From assembly GCA_004322275.1 (NCBI GenBank), contig SCTA01000005.1, positions 71,817 through 135,816 on the forward strand: a stretch of DNA of 64,000 bases, read 5' to 3'. Below the pieces are notes generated by a model that saw only the letters and a program-made list of their open reading frames with translations, was not told the origin of the DNA and did not search any database. Made by a program: the position numbers and the translations under genes. The DNA comes from a bacterium. Its GTDB lineage: Bacteria; Desulfobacterota; Deferrisomatia; Deferrisomatales; BM512. Positions 17,461-26,716 of this stretch are shown piece after piece. The stretch's first letter is position 1, and every line of letters begins with the position of its first letter.

Positions 17461-18633
17461 CTAGTGCTTTTTCTTTTCCCTGCGCTGGCTGATCCTGCTA
17501 GCCGCCTGCGCGATGATCTGGGGTACGTTCTTGGACTTGGATATGTGCTTTATATCCTTGTCGTAAAGGGTTTCGAGGAGCCTGAAAGCCTTTTGCGGCG
17601 GGGTCTTAGGATTCTGCGAGAGGGCCAGCCGGAGACTGTATTCCTTTAGCCACTCTTTTTTCGTGAGTATGAAATATATTATCTCATCGGGGGTGATCTT
17701 GTCGGACGCTATCGCAAGGACCTCGTCCTCGCGGAGCTTGGGGCTCCTTATCACGGCGTTGACTACCGTTCTGTTCGAGTCCCTGGCGAGGAGCTTTCTC
17801 GCTCCTTTCGACCCGAGGGTCGCCAGCTTTATCTTTTCGGCTATCGAAAGACTGCCGATGATCTTGTAGAGGTTGGTCGAGCCCGAGTCGGTCATATCCT
17901 TCAGAAGTTCGTCGGGCAGATTCGAGATATCCGCCTTCGCGACCTCCTCTTCGTCGATCTCGCCGCCGGGAAGAAGAACTTCTTCCTCCTCCTGAACTTC
18001 CTCCACGGAGGGCTCCGCTTCGACTTCGGCGGCCTCGGCAGGAGACGCGAAGACCTCTTCGGCTGGCGATTCGCACTCCGGCTCCGCCGGGGGCTCTTCC
18101 ACCGCGAAGCTTTCGAGCTCGATCTCCGACAGGGGCCCTTCGCCCCAGGTCTCCTGCAAAGCTTCGGCTATCTTTGAGCCGAGACAGGGATTTCTCAGCA
18201 GTTCCCCGATGACCGAAGGATAGTTTGCGAGCGAAGGATTGTTTTCCGCTATCGTGCGGAGAAGCTGCGGGTCGCGGCTCCCCGCGAAGCGGTGCAGCGT
18301 CTCCTCGCTTATGTTGGGGTGGGAGACGATCTTGTAGAGGATGCGGGAGACGTTGGAAAAATGCGTCGCGAGAAGGTCGATTATCGCTGGGTGGAGCGAA
18401 TCTATCCCCAGAGCCTTCTCGATAAGGGAGGTTTCGAGGGCGCAGATCGCATTGTCAACCGTCTTTCGCACCTCACCGTGGGGGTCGGCGGCGAGGTGGG
18501 TGAGAACGCCGAGCCTCTCGGTGGCGCTCATCGGCACGTCGCCCCTGGCGAAAGCGAGCCTGGTTGAGAGGGGAGAGGCCGGATCCACCCCCCTTTTCAG
18601 GGTTTCGGGCAGCGGTACTGCGCTAAGGGTCAT
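17461..18633 (-). CDS. Hypothetical protein with alpha-helical repeat ends and an acidic central linker
   Basis: 390 aa. The central Glu/Pro/Ala-rich region reads EEPPAEPECESPAEEVF...EEVQEEEE. The C-terminal part looks helical-repeat-like. No family was recognised. It overlaps the upstream SPOR gene by 4 nt. Confidence 0.55.
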   Translation of the reverse strand: MTLSAVPLPETLKRGVDPASPLSTRLAFARGDVPMSATERLGVLTHLAADPHGEVRKTVDNAICALETSLIEKALGIDSLHPAIIDLLATHFSNVSRILYKIVSHPNISEETLHRFAGSRDPQLLRTIAENNPSLANYPSVIGELLRNPCLGSKIAEALQETWGEGPLSEIELESFAVEEPPAEPECESPAEEVFASPAEAAEVEAEPSVEEVQEEEEVLLPGGEIDEEEVAKADISNLPDELLKDMTDSGSTNLYKIIGSLSIAEKIKLATLGSKGARKLLARDSNRTVVNAVIRSPKLREDEVLAIASDKITPDEIIYFILTKKEWLKEYSLRLALSQNPKTPPQKAFRLLETLYDKDIKHISKSKNVPQIIAQAASRISQRREKKKH

Positions 18634-19505
18634 CTAGCTCGCCGGGTAATCTTCGCGTCGTCTATGTTCTTTTCCTTAAGCCTCGCGAGGACCAGCCCCG
18701 CGTCGCCTTCGGAGAAGGGGCCGCAGTAAAGCCTCCAGATAGGCACGTCGCCGGTGAATTTCTCGACGGTCGCGTTTATCCCTTTCGCCGAGAGGGCGGA
18801 CTTCGCCTTTTCCCACTCCTTGTCGAGAAAAAAGTAGGAATCGACCCTTCCCTGCCCCAGTTCCGCGTCGTAACCGCTGGCCGCGAGGATATCCTTGGCC
18901 TTCGATGCGTCTGCGCCGACCACCGAAAGCCGAAAGCCGTCGCCCTTGCGCATCACCTTCTCGCGGAAATAGGGTATTCCCATCGCCTTGAGCCTCTCCT
19001 CGAGGGAGATGAGGTAGAACTGGCTGCGGAATATACCCGCGTGGACGACGTAATCCCCGCCCACGGCAAGCGGCTTGGCCGCTTCCTTCGCGGGGGGCGG
19101 AGGTTTTACCGCCGGAGCGGCGGGTGCGGGCTTCGGCGCTGGCGCTTCCTTCGGAACCGCAGCCGTGGCGACCTTGGCCGGAGCGGGCTCCGGCGGTTTG
19201 ACTGGAGCAGGAGGCGTCACGGGCCTCACCGCTTCGGCGGCAGCCTTGGCCGGTTCCACGGAGGGCTTCGCCTCGGGAGCGGGAGCGGCCGGAGGGACCT
19301 CCGCCTTGGCCCTGGGCTTTCCCAAAACCGAAAGGGCTTCCTTCGCGCTCGATAGCGGATAGCGCTCGGGGGGCTTCTCCTTGATGAAGAGGTTCATGAC
19401 GACGATAGCGCCGAGTAAAGCGGCGGCCACCGCCACGACGAGGGTCGGGGAAGCCTTCCCCGACAGCCCGCTCTTTTTCTGAAGACTCCGCGCTTTCAAG
19501 GCCAA
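18630..19505 (-). CDS. SPOR-domain-like membrane protein with Pro/Ala-rich linker
   Basis: 291 aa. It has an N-terminal TM helix (PTLVVAVAAALLGAIVVMNLF), a long PAPxP linker and two C-terminal segments of about 70 aa resembling SPOR repeats (YVVHAGIFRS..., WRLYCGPFSEGDAGLVLARLKE). Confidence 0.55.
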   Translation of the reverse strand: MALKARSLQKKSGLSGKASPTLVVAVAAALLGAIVVMNLFIKEKPPERYPLSSAKEALSVLGKPRAKAEVPPAAPAPEAKPSVEPAKAAAEAVRPVTPPAPVKPPEPAPAKVATAAVPKEAPAPKPAPAAPAVKPPPPAKEAAKPLAVGGDYVVHAGIFRSQFYLISLEERLKAMGIPYFREKVMRKGDGFRLSVVGADASKAKDILAASGYDAELGQGRVDSYFFLDKEWEKAKSALSAKGINATVEKFTGDVPIWRLYCGPFSEGDAGLVLARLKEKNIDDAKITRRAR

Positions 19506-19508
19506 TAG

Positions 19509-21578
19509 CTACTCCTCATCCTCTTCTACCGAGGATCCGGCAATTATCTTCTCGGCTAGCTGTGCAGGAACTTCCTCATAGTGGTCGAATTTCATTGTAA
19601 AGGTTCCGCGCCCCGATGTCATCGACCGAAGTCCTGGGGCGTACTCCTGAATCTCGACGAGGGGCACCTGCGAGTGAACCGCCTGCCAGCCCTTGCCGGG
19701 GTCCATCCCGAGAATCCTTCCCCTTCTGGAGTTCAGGTCGCCGATAACGTCGCCCAGACTCTCGTCGGGCACCAGCACGGTAACGTCCTGAATCGGCTCA
19801 AGGAGGATCGGCTTGCATTCCAGCGCGCCCTTCTTGAAGCCCACCGAACCGGCGATCTTGAAGGCCATTTCGGAGGAGTCCACGTCGTGGTACTTGCCGT
19901 CGAAGAGGGCGACCTCCACGTCAACGACTGGATATCCCGCGAGAACCCCCTTCTTCATGCGCTCTCTAACGCCGTTCTCGACGGCGGGTATGTAATTGCG
20001 GGGTATCGCGCCGCCGACGATCTTGTCAACGAACCTGAAACCCTCTCCTCGCGGGAGGGGGCGTATCTCTATCCAGGTGTCGGCGAACTGCCCTCTGCCT
20101 CCGGACTGCTTCTTGTGCCTGCCCTGGACCTTCGTCGAGCCCTTGAGGGTCTCGCGGTAGGGAATCTTCGGGGTTTTAAGCTCCATGTCGGCGCCGTACT
20201 TGCGCTTCATCCTCTCGGAGAGGATGTCGATGTGGAGGCGCCCCATGCAGGAGACTATCTGCTCGTGGGTCTCGTCGTTTCTCGTGACGTGGAGGGTCAG
20301 GTCCTCGTCCTGGAGGCGGCGGAGCCCCTGCCCCAGCTTGTCCTCGTCACCCTTGGACTTGGCGAAAGCCGCGAAGGAGATGAGGGCCTCCGGCGGCTCG
20401 GTGAAGGGAATGTGAAGAACCTTTTTCCGGTCGGAAAAGGTGTTTCCCGTCATCGTCTCCTTCAGCTTGGGCAGGGCGAAGATGTCGCCGGGACCCGCGT
20501 CGCCGAGGGGGATCAGTTCCTTGCCGAAGAGCGCCGTGACCTGGCCGAAGCGCTCGTCCACGTCCTTGGTGGCGTTGTAGTAGGTGGAATCGGCGCTCAT
20601 CTTGCCCTGATAGACGCGGACGAGGTTCAGCCTGCCCGCGAAGGGGTCCGAAATTGTCTTGAAGACGAGGGCCGCGAGGGGCGCGTTTTCGTCGACCTTG
20701 AGCTTCTCGCCCTCCTTCGTCTCGACGGGGGCGCGGTCCGCCGGAGAGGGGAAGGCGGCATTGATCACGTCAAGGATGGCGGTCGCGCCGATGGCCTTGG
20801 GACCGACGGCGACCATCACAGGCACTATCTGGCCGGAAACCATGCCGGTCCGGAGGGCCTTGGACAGCTCTTCGGTGGAGATATCCTGCCCGTCGAAGAA
20901 CTTCTCCATCAGGGTTTCGTCGGTTTCGACAAGGCCCTCTATCATGGCGTCCCTGGCGGCCGCTGCCTCGTCGGCGAGGTTCGCGGGAATCGGCCCCTCG
21001 ACCCCCTTGCCGGATTCGTCGGCGAAAGCGACGGCCTTATTCTTGATGAGGTCAATGTAACCCTTGAAACCCGCCGCCTCTCCGATGGGGAGCATTATCT
21101 TCACGAAATTGGCCTCGAAGTGCTTGCGCAGGTATTCGAGGGTTCTTTCAAAGGAGGTGTTGTCCTTGTCGAGCTTGGTGATTACTGAGGCGCGGGGAAG
21201 GCCGAGGGAGAGCGCCTGCTCCCACATCTTTTCGGCCTCGAACTTTATGTCGCCGTCACCTCCCACCACCAGTATCGCGGCGTCGGCGGCGTGGAGACAC
21301 CCCATGCCGTCGAAGAGAAACACGTCGTAACCGGGGGTGTCGAGGATCGTTATCTTGTTCTTCTGGTACTCGAAGCTGGCTACTCCGGTCGAGATGGTGA
21401 GGCGGTGCGACCTTTCCTCGGGCTCGAAATCGAGCAGGGAATTCATTTCGTCAACCTTGCCCAGACGCTTGGACGCCCCCGACACGAAGAGCATGGCTTC
21501 TCCAAGGCTGGTCTTTCCGCTTCCGCCGTGACCAATCAAGGCGACGTTCCGTATCTTGTCGATTTCAAACCTCTTCAT
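19509..21578 (-). CDS. Elongation factor G family GTPase (paralogue)
   Basis: 689 aa. GTPase motifs are GHGGSGKTS, DTPGY and TKLD, followed by EF-G domains II-V (GRLNLVRVYQGK...). It is not in a str-operon context. Confidence 0.85.
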   Translation of the reverse strand: MKRFEIDKIRNVALIGHGGSGKTSLGEAMLFVSGASKRLGKVDEMNSLLDFEPEERSHRLTISTGVASFEYQKNKITILDTPGYDVFLFDGMGCLHAADAAILVVGGDGDIKFEAEKMWEQALSLGLPRASVITKLDKDNTSFERTLEYLRKHFEANFVKIMLPIGEAAGFKGYIDLIKNKAVAFADESGKGVEGPIPANLADEAAAARDAMIEGLVETDETLMEKFFDGQDISTEELSKALRTGMVSGQIVPVMVAVGPKAIGATAILDVINAAFPSPADRAPVETKEGEKLKVDENAPLAALVFKTISDPFAGRLNLVRVYQGKMSADSTYYNATKDVDERFGQVTALFGKELIPLGDAGPGDIFALPKLKETMTGNTFSDRKKVLHIPFTEPPEALISFAAFAKSKGDEDKLGQGLRRLQDEDLTLHVTRNDETHEQIVSCMGRLHIDILSERMKRKYGADMELKTPKIPYRETLKGSTKVQGRHKKQSGGRGQFADTWIEIRPLPRGEGFRFVDKIVGGAIPRNYIPAVENGVRERMKKGVLAGYPVVDVEVALFDGKYHDVDSSEMAFKIAGSVGFKKGALECKPILLEPIQDVTVLVPDESLGDVIGDLNSRRGRILGMDPGKGWQAVHSQVPLVEIQEYAPGLRSMTSGRGTFTMKFDHYEEVPAQLAEKIIAGSSVEEDEE

Positions 21579-21642
21579 CTACGCTCCTTTCACCCGGGCG
21601 GCCGGTCACCCTGCGCGCCCCAATTATCTTAATTAAAAGACC

Positions 21643-22407
21643 TTAAAGGTTTCTTGCGTAAATTATTCTGAGACCCTCCAGGGTCAGGAACTCGTCTACA
21701 TAATCTATCGCCTTTATCTCGTCCGCTATCTGGCGGGCCGCTCCACCCGTGGCAACGACCAGGGGGTTCGTGCCGACCTCGTCCGTCAGCCTCTTTATCA
21801 GCCCCTCCACCATCGCCGCGTAGCCGTAATAGCTTCCCGCCTGCATGGCGTGGACGGTGTTCTTCCCTATGACCTGCGGAGGCTTCGCGAAGGCCACCTT
21901 GGGAAGCTTGCTCGCGCGGCTGAAGAGAGCCTCCATACTAACACCAATTCCCGGCGCAATCACCCCCCCCATGTAAGCCCCGTCGGGCGTGACGTAGTCA
22001 AAAGTCGTCGCAGTGCCGAAATCCACTATGATTACGGCCTTTTTGAAGCGCTCGTAGGCCGCGACGGCGTTTACTATCCTGTCGGCCCCCACCTCCCTCG
22101 GGTCGTCGTAGCGGATGGGCATGCCCGTGCGGATGCCGGGACCGATGCAGACAGGCTCCAGTCCCATGTAGACGCGGGCCACGTCGGCTATGACGCGGTT
22201 CAGGGCGGGAACCACCGAGGAGATTATCACGCCGTCGATGGCCTCGACGGGAATCTTCGCGAAATCGAAGAGCCCGCGAAGCAGGACTCCGTACTCGTCG
22301 GTGGTACGGTTCGGGTCGGAGCCGAGGCGCCAGTGGCCCTTCTGCTCTTCTCCGGAGAAGACCCCGAGGACGGTGTTGGTGTTGCCGATGTCTATAGCGA
22401 GAAGCAT
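21643..22407 (-). CDS. coaX: Type III pantothenate kinase
   Basis: 254 aa. It has MLLAIDIGNTNTVLGVF and the DRIVNAVAA motif, and lies downstream of birA as in many bacteria. Confidence 0.9.
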   Translation of the reverse strand: MLLAIDIGNTNTVLGVFSGEEQKGHWRLGSDPNRTTDEYGVLLRGLFDFAKIPVEAIDGVIISSVVPALNRVIADVARVYMGLEPVCIGPGIRTGMPIRYDDPREVGADRIVNAVAAYERFKKAVIIVDFGTATTFDYVTPDGAYMGGVIAPGIGVSMEALFSRASKLPKVAFAKPPQVIGKNTVHAMQAGSYYGYAAMVEGLIKRLTDEVGTNPLVVATGGAARQIADEIKAIDYVDEFLTLEGLRIIYARNL

Positions 22408-22425
22408 TTAAAACCCCATGCCCCC

Positions 22426-23418
22426 TTACTTTCTGGTTGTCGAAAAGCTTACGTCACCCGCCAGAATCCTCTTGATTCCGCCGCCGGTCTCAAGTTCGAG
22501 CGCGCCGTCCTCAGCGAGGCCGAGAACCTTCCCCCGAAGCTCGCCGCCGCGGGAGACCACCGTAACCTCGCGCCCGGCCATACGGAAAAGCCTCCCCCAC
22601 CTCTCCCTGAAAGGGCCGAAACCCTCGCTTGAGAAGAGGAAGTAATCCCCTTCAAGCCGTTGGAGGTAGGCCGAGAGCACCTCCACGGGGGCCGGACAAT
22701 CCGCTTTTGAAAACTCTTCGAGCGTCGCGGCGCTTTCGCGGAACTCTTCCGGAAACCTCGCCGGGGTTCCCAATACGTTCACCCCGACGCCGAGGGAAAG
22801 GTAGTCGATTCGCACACCCTCAACCCGCGATTCGAGGAGTATCCCCGCGACCTTGCGACCGCCGAGAAGCACGTCGTTGGGCCATTTCACCTCCACCGCC
22901 TCCCCTTCGACCCAGCCGAGAAGGGTTTCGGCGAGGGAGATAGCCGCGACGAAGGTCAGGAGCGGGGCCAGCGAAAGCTCCACCTCGGGCCGGAGTATCA
23001 CCGTCATGGCGAGGCTCTCGCCCGGCTCTCCGAACCACTGCCTTCCCAGCCTTCCCCTGCCCGCGCTCTGGCTGTCTGCGGTGACGAGAGCCCCTTCCGG
23101 CGCTCCGCCTTCCGCCCACTCCGCCGCCCGGCGGCTGGTCGAATTCGTGGCGGCGTAGTGGCGGTGGTGCCTGCCGAAGGTCTTGGTCCCAAGGAGGGCC
23201 GAAAGCTCGCCCGGCCGTAGCGTCCCCTTCCCCCCGGCGAGCCGGTAGCCGAGGCCGTGGACGCTCTCGACGACGTAGCCTTCCTCGCGAAGGGCGGTGA
23301 CCGACTTCCACACCGCCGCCCGGGTTACGCCGAGCGACGCTGCCAGCTCCTGCCCTGAAACCGGTTCGCCCCCGGCCTCTATCAGCGCTTTGAGGACCGA
23401 GTCAACGAGGGTTGCCAT
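22426..23418 (-). CDS. birA: Bifunctional biotin-[acetyl-CoA-carboxylase] ligase / transcriptional repressor
   Basis: 330 aa. It has an N-terminal HTH (SGQELAASLGVTRAAVWKSVTALRE) and the biotin-binding loop GRGRLGRQW. Confidence 0.9.
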   Translation of the reverse strand: MATLVDSVLKALIEAGGEPVSGQELAASLGVTRAAVWKSVTALREEGYVVESVHGLGYRLAGGKGTLRPGELSALLGTKTFGRHHRHYAATNSTSRRAAEWAEGGAPEGALVTADSQSAGRGRLGRQWFGEPGESLAMTVILRPEVELSLAPLLTFVAAISLAETLLGWVEGEAVEVKWPNDVLLGGRKVAGILLESRVEGVRIDYLSLGVGVNVLGTPARFPEEFRESAATLEEFSKADCPAPVEVLSAYLQRLEGDYFLFSSEGFGPFRERWGRLFRMAGREVTVVSRGGELRGKVLGLAEDGALELETGGGIKRILAGDVSFSTTRK

Positions 23419-23547
23419 TTAAAAAATCCGCTTTTGTGTCAATCACTTCCACAGCCAAAAAGCAAATATCTACACTAGCAAATCGCCGTTTGCGGTGTCA
23501 ACGCATAACGGTTTTCCAAAGCGCCTCCCGCCATTTAAACCCGCCCG

Positions 23548-24528
23548 TCAGCTCTGAAAAAACCAGAGGCACCCCCCGAAGAGGAGGAGGGCAAAAAGAG
23601 AGAGGAGCCGGGTGAGCGTCAGGGCGCTTAAAACCTTTTTCGGCGTGAGGGGTTCGATATCGTCGCCGATGAAGGGCGAAGCCCTCTCCACACCCTTGTA
23701 GACGTTGGTTCCGCCGAGGCAGACGCCGAGCGCCCCCGCGTAGGCCGCCTCCGGGTAGCCGGAATTGGGGGAGGCGTGGAGGCGGGCGTCGCGAAAGGCG
23801 ATTTTGAGCGCCCGAAGCCCCTTTCCCGGTCCGAAGAGCGCGGAAAGCGCGACCAGAAACAGGGTCAGCCTTGCCGGTACGTAATTGAAAAGGTCATCGG
23901 CGCGGGCGGAGACCTTGCCGAAATCCTTGTATCTCTCGCTCCGGTAGCCGACCATCGAATCGAGGGTGTTGACCGCCTTGTACGCTAGCCCCAGCGCCGG
24001 GCCAAAGCCCAGCGCGCCCCCGAGGGCGAGGTAGAAGAGGGGTGCGACGACTCCGTCGGAGCTGTTCTCCGCCGCCGTCTCGAAAGCGCCCCTGAGTATC
24101 TCCCTCTCGGAGAGATTTTCGGTGTCGCGCCCGACTATCATCGAGAGGTGTTTCCGTGCCTCTTCCAGCCTCTTTTCCTTTACCGCCACCGCTACGCGCC
24201 GCACCTGCCTGTCGAGGTCGCGGGTGGCGACGCAGAAGAAGGCCAGAACCACCCCCACCGCGCGCCCGAGGTTTTCGTCGTACCTCCCTAGCAGCGCGAC
24301 AGCGCCGAAACCTGCCGCAAAGACTATGCCCACGGTGAGGAGAAACAATATCCCTCCCCTAAGGACCCTTCCGGTTCCGGCGCTCTTCCCGTAGAGAGCC
24401 TTTTCCAGAAAAGCTATCAGCTTCCCGGTGAGCACCACGGGGTGCAGGCGCGACAAGACCGGGGGGTCGCCGATGATCAGGTCGAGCCCCCAGGCCGCCG
24501 CGAGGTCAAGGTGGGTGAAGGGGATCAT
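23548..24528 (-). CDS. cbiB: Adenosylcobinamide-phosphate synthase CbiB/CobD
   Basis: 326 aa and multi-TM. The N-terminal DLIIGDPP....HPV pattern is typical of CbiB. Confidence 0.85.
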   Translation of the reverse strand: MIPFTHLDLAAAWGLDLIIGDPPVLSRLHPVVLTGKLIAFLEKALYGKSAGTGRVLRGGILFLLTVGIVFAAGFGAVALLGRYDENLGRAVGVVLAFFCVATRDLDRQVRRVAVAVKEKRLEEARKHLSMIVGRDTENLSEREILRGAFETAAENSSDGVVAPLFYLALGGALGFGPALGLAYKAVNTLDSMVGYRSERYKDFGKVSARADDLFNYVPARLTLFLVALSALFGPGKGLRALKIAFRDARLHASPNSGYPEAAYAGALGVCLGGTNVYKGVERASPFIGDDIEPLTPKKVLSALTLTRLLSLFALLLFGGCLWFFQS

Positions 24529-24531
24529 CGC

Positions 24532-25614
24532 CTAAAGCGGCTGGCCCGCGGTCCCCGATATCTTCTGGAGGTGCCTGACGAGGTCGGCGTTCTCCCCCAC
24601 GGTTCTCACCGCCACGCGGACGTAGCGCGAGCCGAGGCCGAAGCTGCCGCAGTGGCGCACGAGGGTCCCCACGCGGCGCAGCTTCGCATAAAGCTCGTCG
24701 GCGTTAGGGGCGGGGGGATCGAGGCGTACGAGGAGGTAGTTCACCTCGGAGGGAAGCGGGGTCATGCCGGGAATCGCTTTCAGTCCGGCGACCAGCTTTT
24801 CCCGCGAGCGCAGGAGATAGTCCCTGCTCCTCGCGGCCCAGTTGTCGTCGGAGAGGCAGTGTGCCGCCAGCACCTGCGCCGGGACGCTGACCGACCAGGG
24901 AAGCTGGAGGGCGGAGATTCTCTTGACGAGTTCGCACCCCGCGCTGAGGAACCCCGCCCGTATCCCGGGTATCGCGTAAAACTTGGTCAGGGAGCGGATA
25001 ACCACGAGACCGGGCTCGTCGCAGGGGAGGTCGAGAACCGAGCAGCGGGGGCAATAGTCCGCGAAGGCTTCGTCAACCGCCAGAACCGCTCCCGCGCTGC
25101 TTATTCCCCTCGCCAGCGCCAGCACCTCTTCCCTCGCCAGCACCGCGCCGGAGGGGTTTCCGGGGTTGGAGAAGAGGACAAGGTCGCCCGGGCGCACGGC
25201 TTTGAGCAGTTTCCCGGGATTTATCCCGAACCCCGTCTCCTCGTCGCGCGGGATTCTCACAATCTCGACGCCCGCAGGCGCGCAACGCTCGTAGAGGCCG
25301 AAATCCGGCGGGCAAAGAAGCAGCCTCTTCACCGCCAGCGACCGTATGACGAGGTCCAGAAGCTCGGCCGAGCCGTTCCCGCAGAGCACCTCTCCCCCCG
25401 AAAGCTCGTAGCGCCCCCGTATCGCGGCGACAAGCGCCCTCCAGTGGCGGTCGGGATAGTGGAGCACCTCCCCCCAGTGCTCCTCCAGGGCTTTGGTCAG
25501 CCCGTCGGGGTAGCCGAGGGGGTTTATGGAGGCGGAAAAATCGCACAGGACCGGCCCCTCCTCCCTGGAGTAGAGGTCGCCTCCGTGATCCTGCGGTATA
25601 AAGTTCTCAGCCAT
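24532..25614 (-). CDS. cobD: Threonine-phosphate decarboxylase (class I/II aminotransferase fold)
   Basis: 360 aa. It has HGGDLY....DFSASINPLGYP and SLTKFYAIPGIRAG (PLP lysine context), and is adjacent to cbiB. Confidence 0.75.
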   Translation of the reverse strand: MAENFIPQDHGGDLYSREEGPVLCDFSASINPLGYPDGLTKALEEHWGEVLHYPDRHWRALVAAIRGRYELSGGEVLCGNGSAELLDLVIRSLAVKRLLLCPPDFGLYERCAPAGVEIVRIPRDEETGFGINPGKLLKAVRPGDLVLFSNPGNPSGAVLAREEVLALARGISSAGAVLAVDEAFADYCPRCSVLDLPCDEPGLVVIRSLTKFYAIPGIRAGFLSAGCELVKRISALQLPWSVSVPAQVLAAHCLSDDNWAARSRDYLLRSREKLVAGLKAIPGMTPLPSEVNYLLVRLDPPAPNADELYAKLRRVGTLVRHCGSFGLGSRYVRVAVRTVGENADLVRHLQKISGTAGQPL

Positions 25615-26716
25615 TAAGTCCTTCCGTAATCTTCTCTATCTTTTCGACCAGCCGGCCGTGTGAAACGTTCGCGACTCCGAAAGCGCCGAAAGCCGCCGCC
25701 CCCGCGCCCACGCCTTCCTTTACAAGCCCCTCCTCATACATGCGAAGGCCCTGGAGCCTCGAACCTCCGAAATCCAGCCAGGCCGCCAGCGCCGGGACCT
25801 CGTCGTTTATCTCCAGAAGTATCCCGCGAAGGTCCGCCGACGGGTCGGCGGCGACCCAGCTCGTTGTGGCGAGCCCGATGTTCCGGAGGTTCCCCTCCTC
25901 GCCTTCCTTTACCAGCCTGCAGATGAGGGCGTAGACGGCGGCCATCTGGGTTCCCCCGCCGAGCACCACAGGGACGCGCTTGCTGGCTTCGAGGGCCATC
26001 AGCGCGACTGCGGGCTGCATCGGGTCGCCCACGGCGGAAGCTATCTCCATTCCCGTTGAACCGGCTTTAAGGGCGGCGTTTTTCAGCGCGGTCCTGACAA
26101 CCTCCTCCTTCTGGGAGTGGTTTCCCCCCGGCATAGAGGAGGAAACCTTGCCGAGCGCGTCTATGCCCAGCGCCAGCAGAATGGAAAGAGCCGTCGTGGT
26201 CCCTCCCGGCACCGATTCGGAGAGGATGAGCCACTCCTTCTGGCAGGCCAGCACCCTTCCGGCGGCGCGGCACCTGTCGGCGAAATCGGCGGGCAAATCG
26301 AGCGCCTTCCCGGTCCTGATATCTTTCCCCGGTTTTAGCTTCAAATCCAGTATCGGGGTCGCCGGGGGGACTTCGGTGCCGGAATCGACGATTACCGGGG
26401 CGATCTCCATCTCCTTCAGCGAGGCGTGGGTTATCACCACTGGGCTGGGGGGGCCGAGGGGGTTGCGGGGGATGTCGGGAAGGGTTACGGGCCTTCCGTA
26501 AACGAGGAACTCCGCGTCGAGGGCGGCGGTATAGCGCCGCTTTTCAGGGGTAGCCCCGGCTGCCGAGATGCCCTCGATCAGCGCCGTTTCGGTCGAGCCG
26601 ATGACGCAGGCGAAGAGGGGCGCGCCCGAAAGGCCCGATATAAACTCCAGCGACCTCTTTTCGTGGGTTACCGCGCGAATGCGCCCGTCCTCGAAGGCGG
26701 GGACGAAAAAGCTCAT
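25607..26716 (-). CDS. cobT: Archaeal-type CobT-like protein (TIGR00303/UPF0284 family, putative nicotinate-nucleotide--DMB phosphoribosyltransferase)
   Basis: 369 aa. FACVIGSTETALIEGISAAGATPE....ALDAEFL resembles the conserved N-terminal block of the archaeal CobT family, recalled from memory. It sits in the operon with cobD and cbiB. Confidence 0.65.
   Translation of the reverse strand: MSFFVPAFEDGRIRAVTHEKRSLEFISGLSGAPLFACVIGSTETALIEGISAAGATPEKRRYTAALDAEFLVYGRPVTLPDIPRNPLGPPSPVVITHASLKEMEIAPVIVDSGTEVPPATPILDLKLKPGKDIRTGKALDLPADFADRCRAAGRVLACQKEWLILSESVPGGTTTALSILLALGIDALGKVSSSMPGGNHSQKEEVVRTALKNAALKAGSTGMEIASAVGDPMQPAVALMALEASKRVPVVLGGGTQMAAVYALICRLVKEGEEGNLRNIGLATTSWVAADPSADLRGILLEINDEVPALAAWLDFGGSRLQGLRMYEEGLVKEGVGAGAAAFGAFGVANVSHGRLVEKIEKITEGLNG

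Noticed and set aside
23419-23547. Possible BirA operator palindrome in the spacer upstream of birA.
   Set aside because: Only a direct GTGTCAA repeat was seen, with no convincing inverted repeat of the bioO type. There are no bio genes nearby to support regulation.
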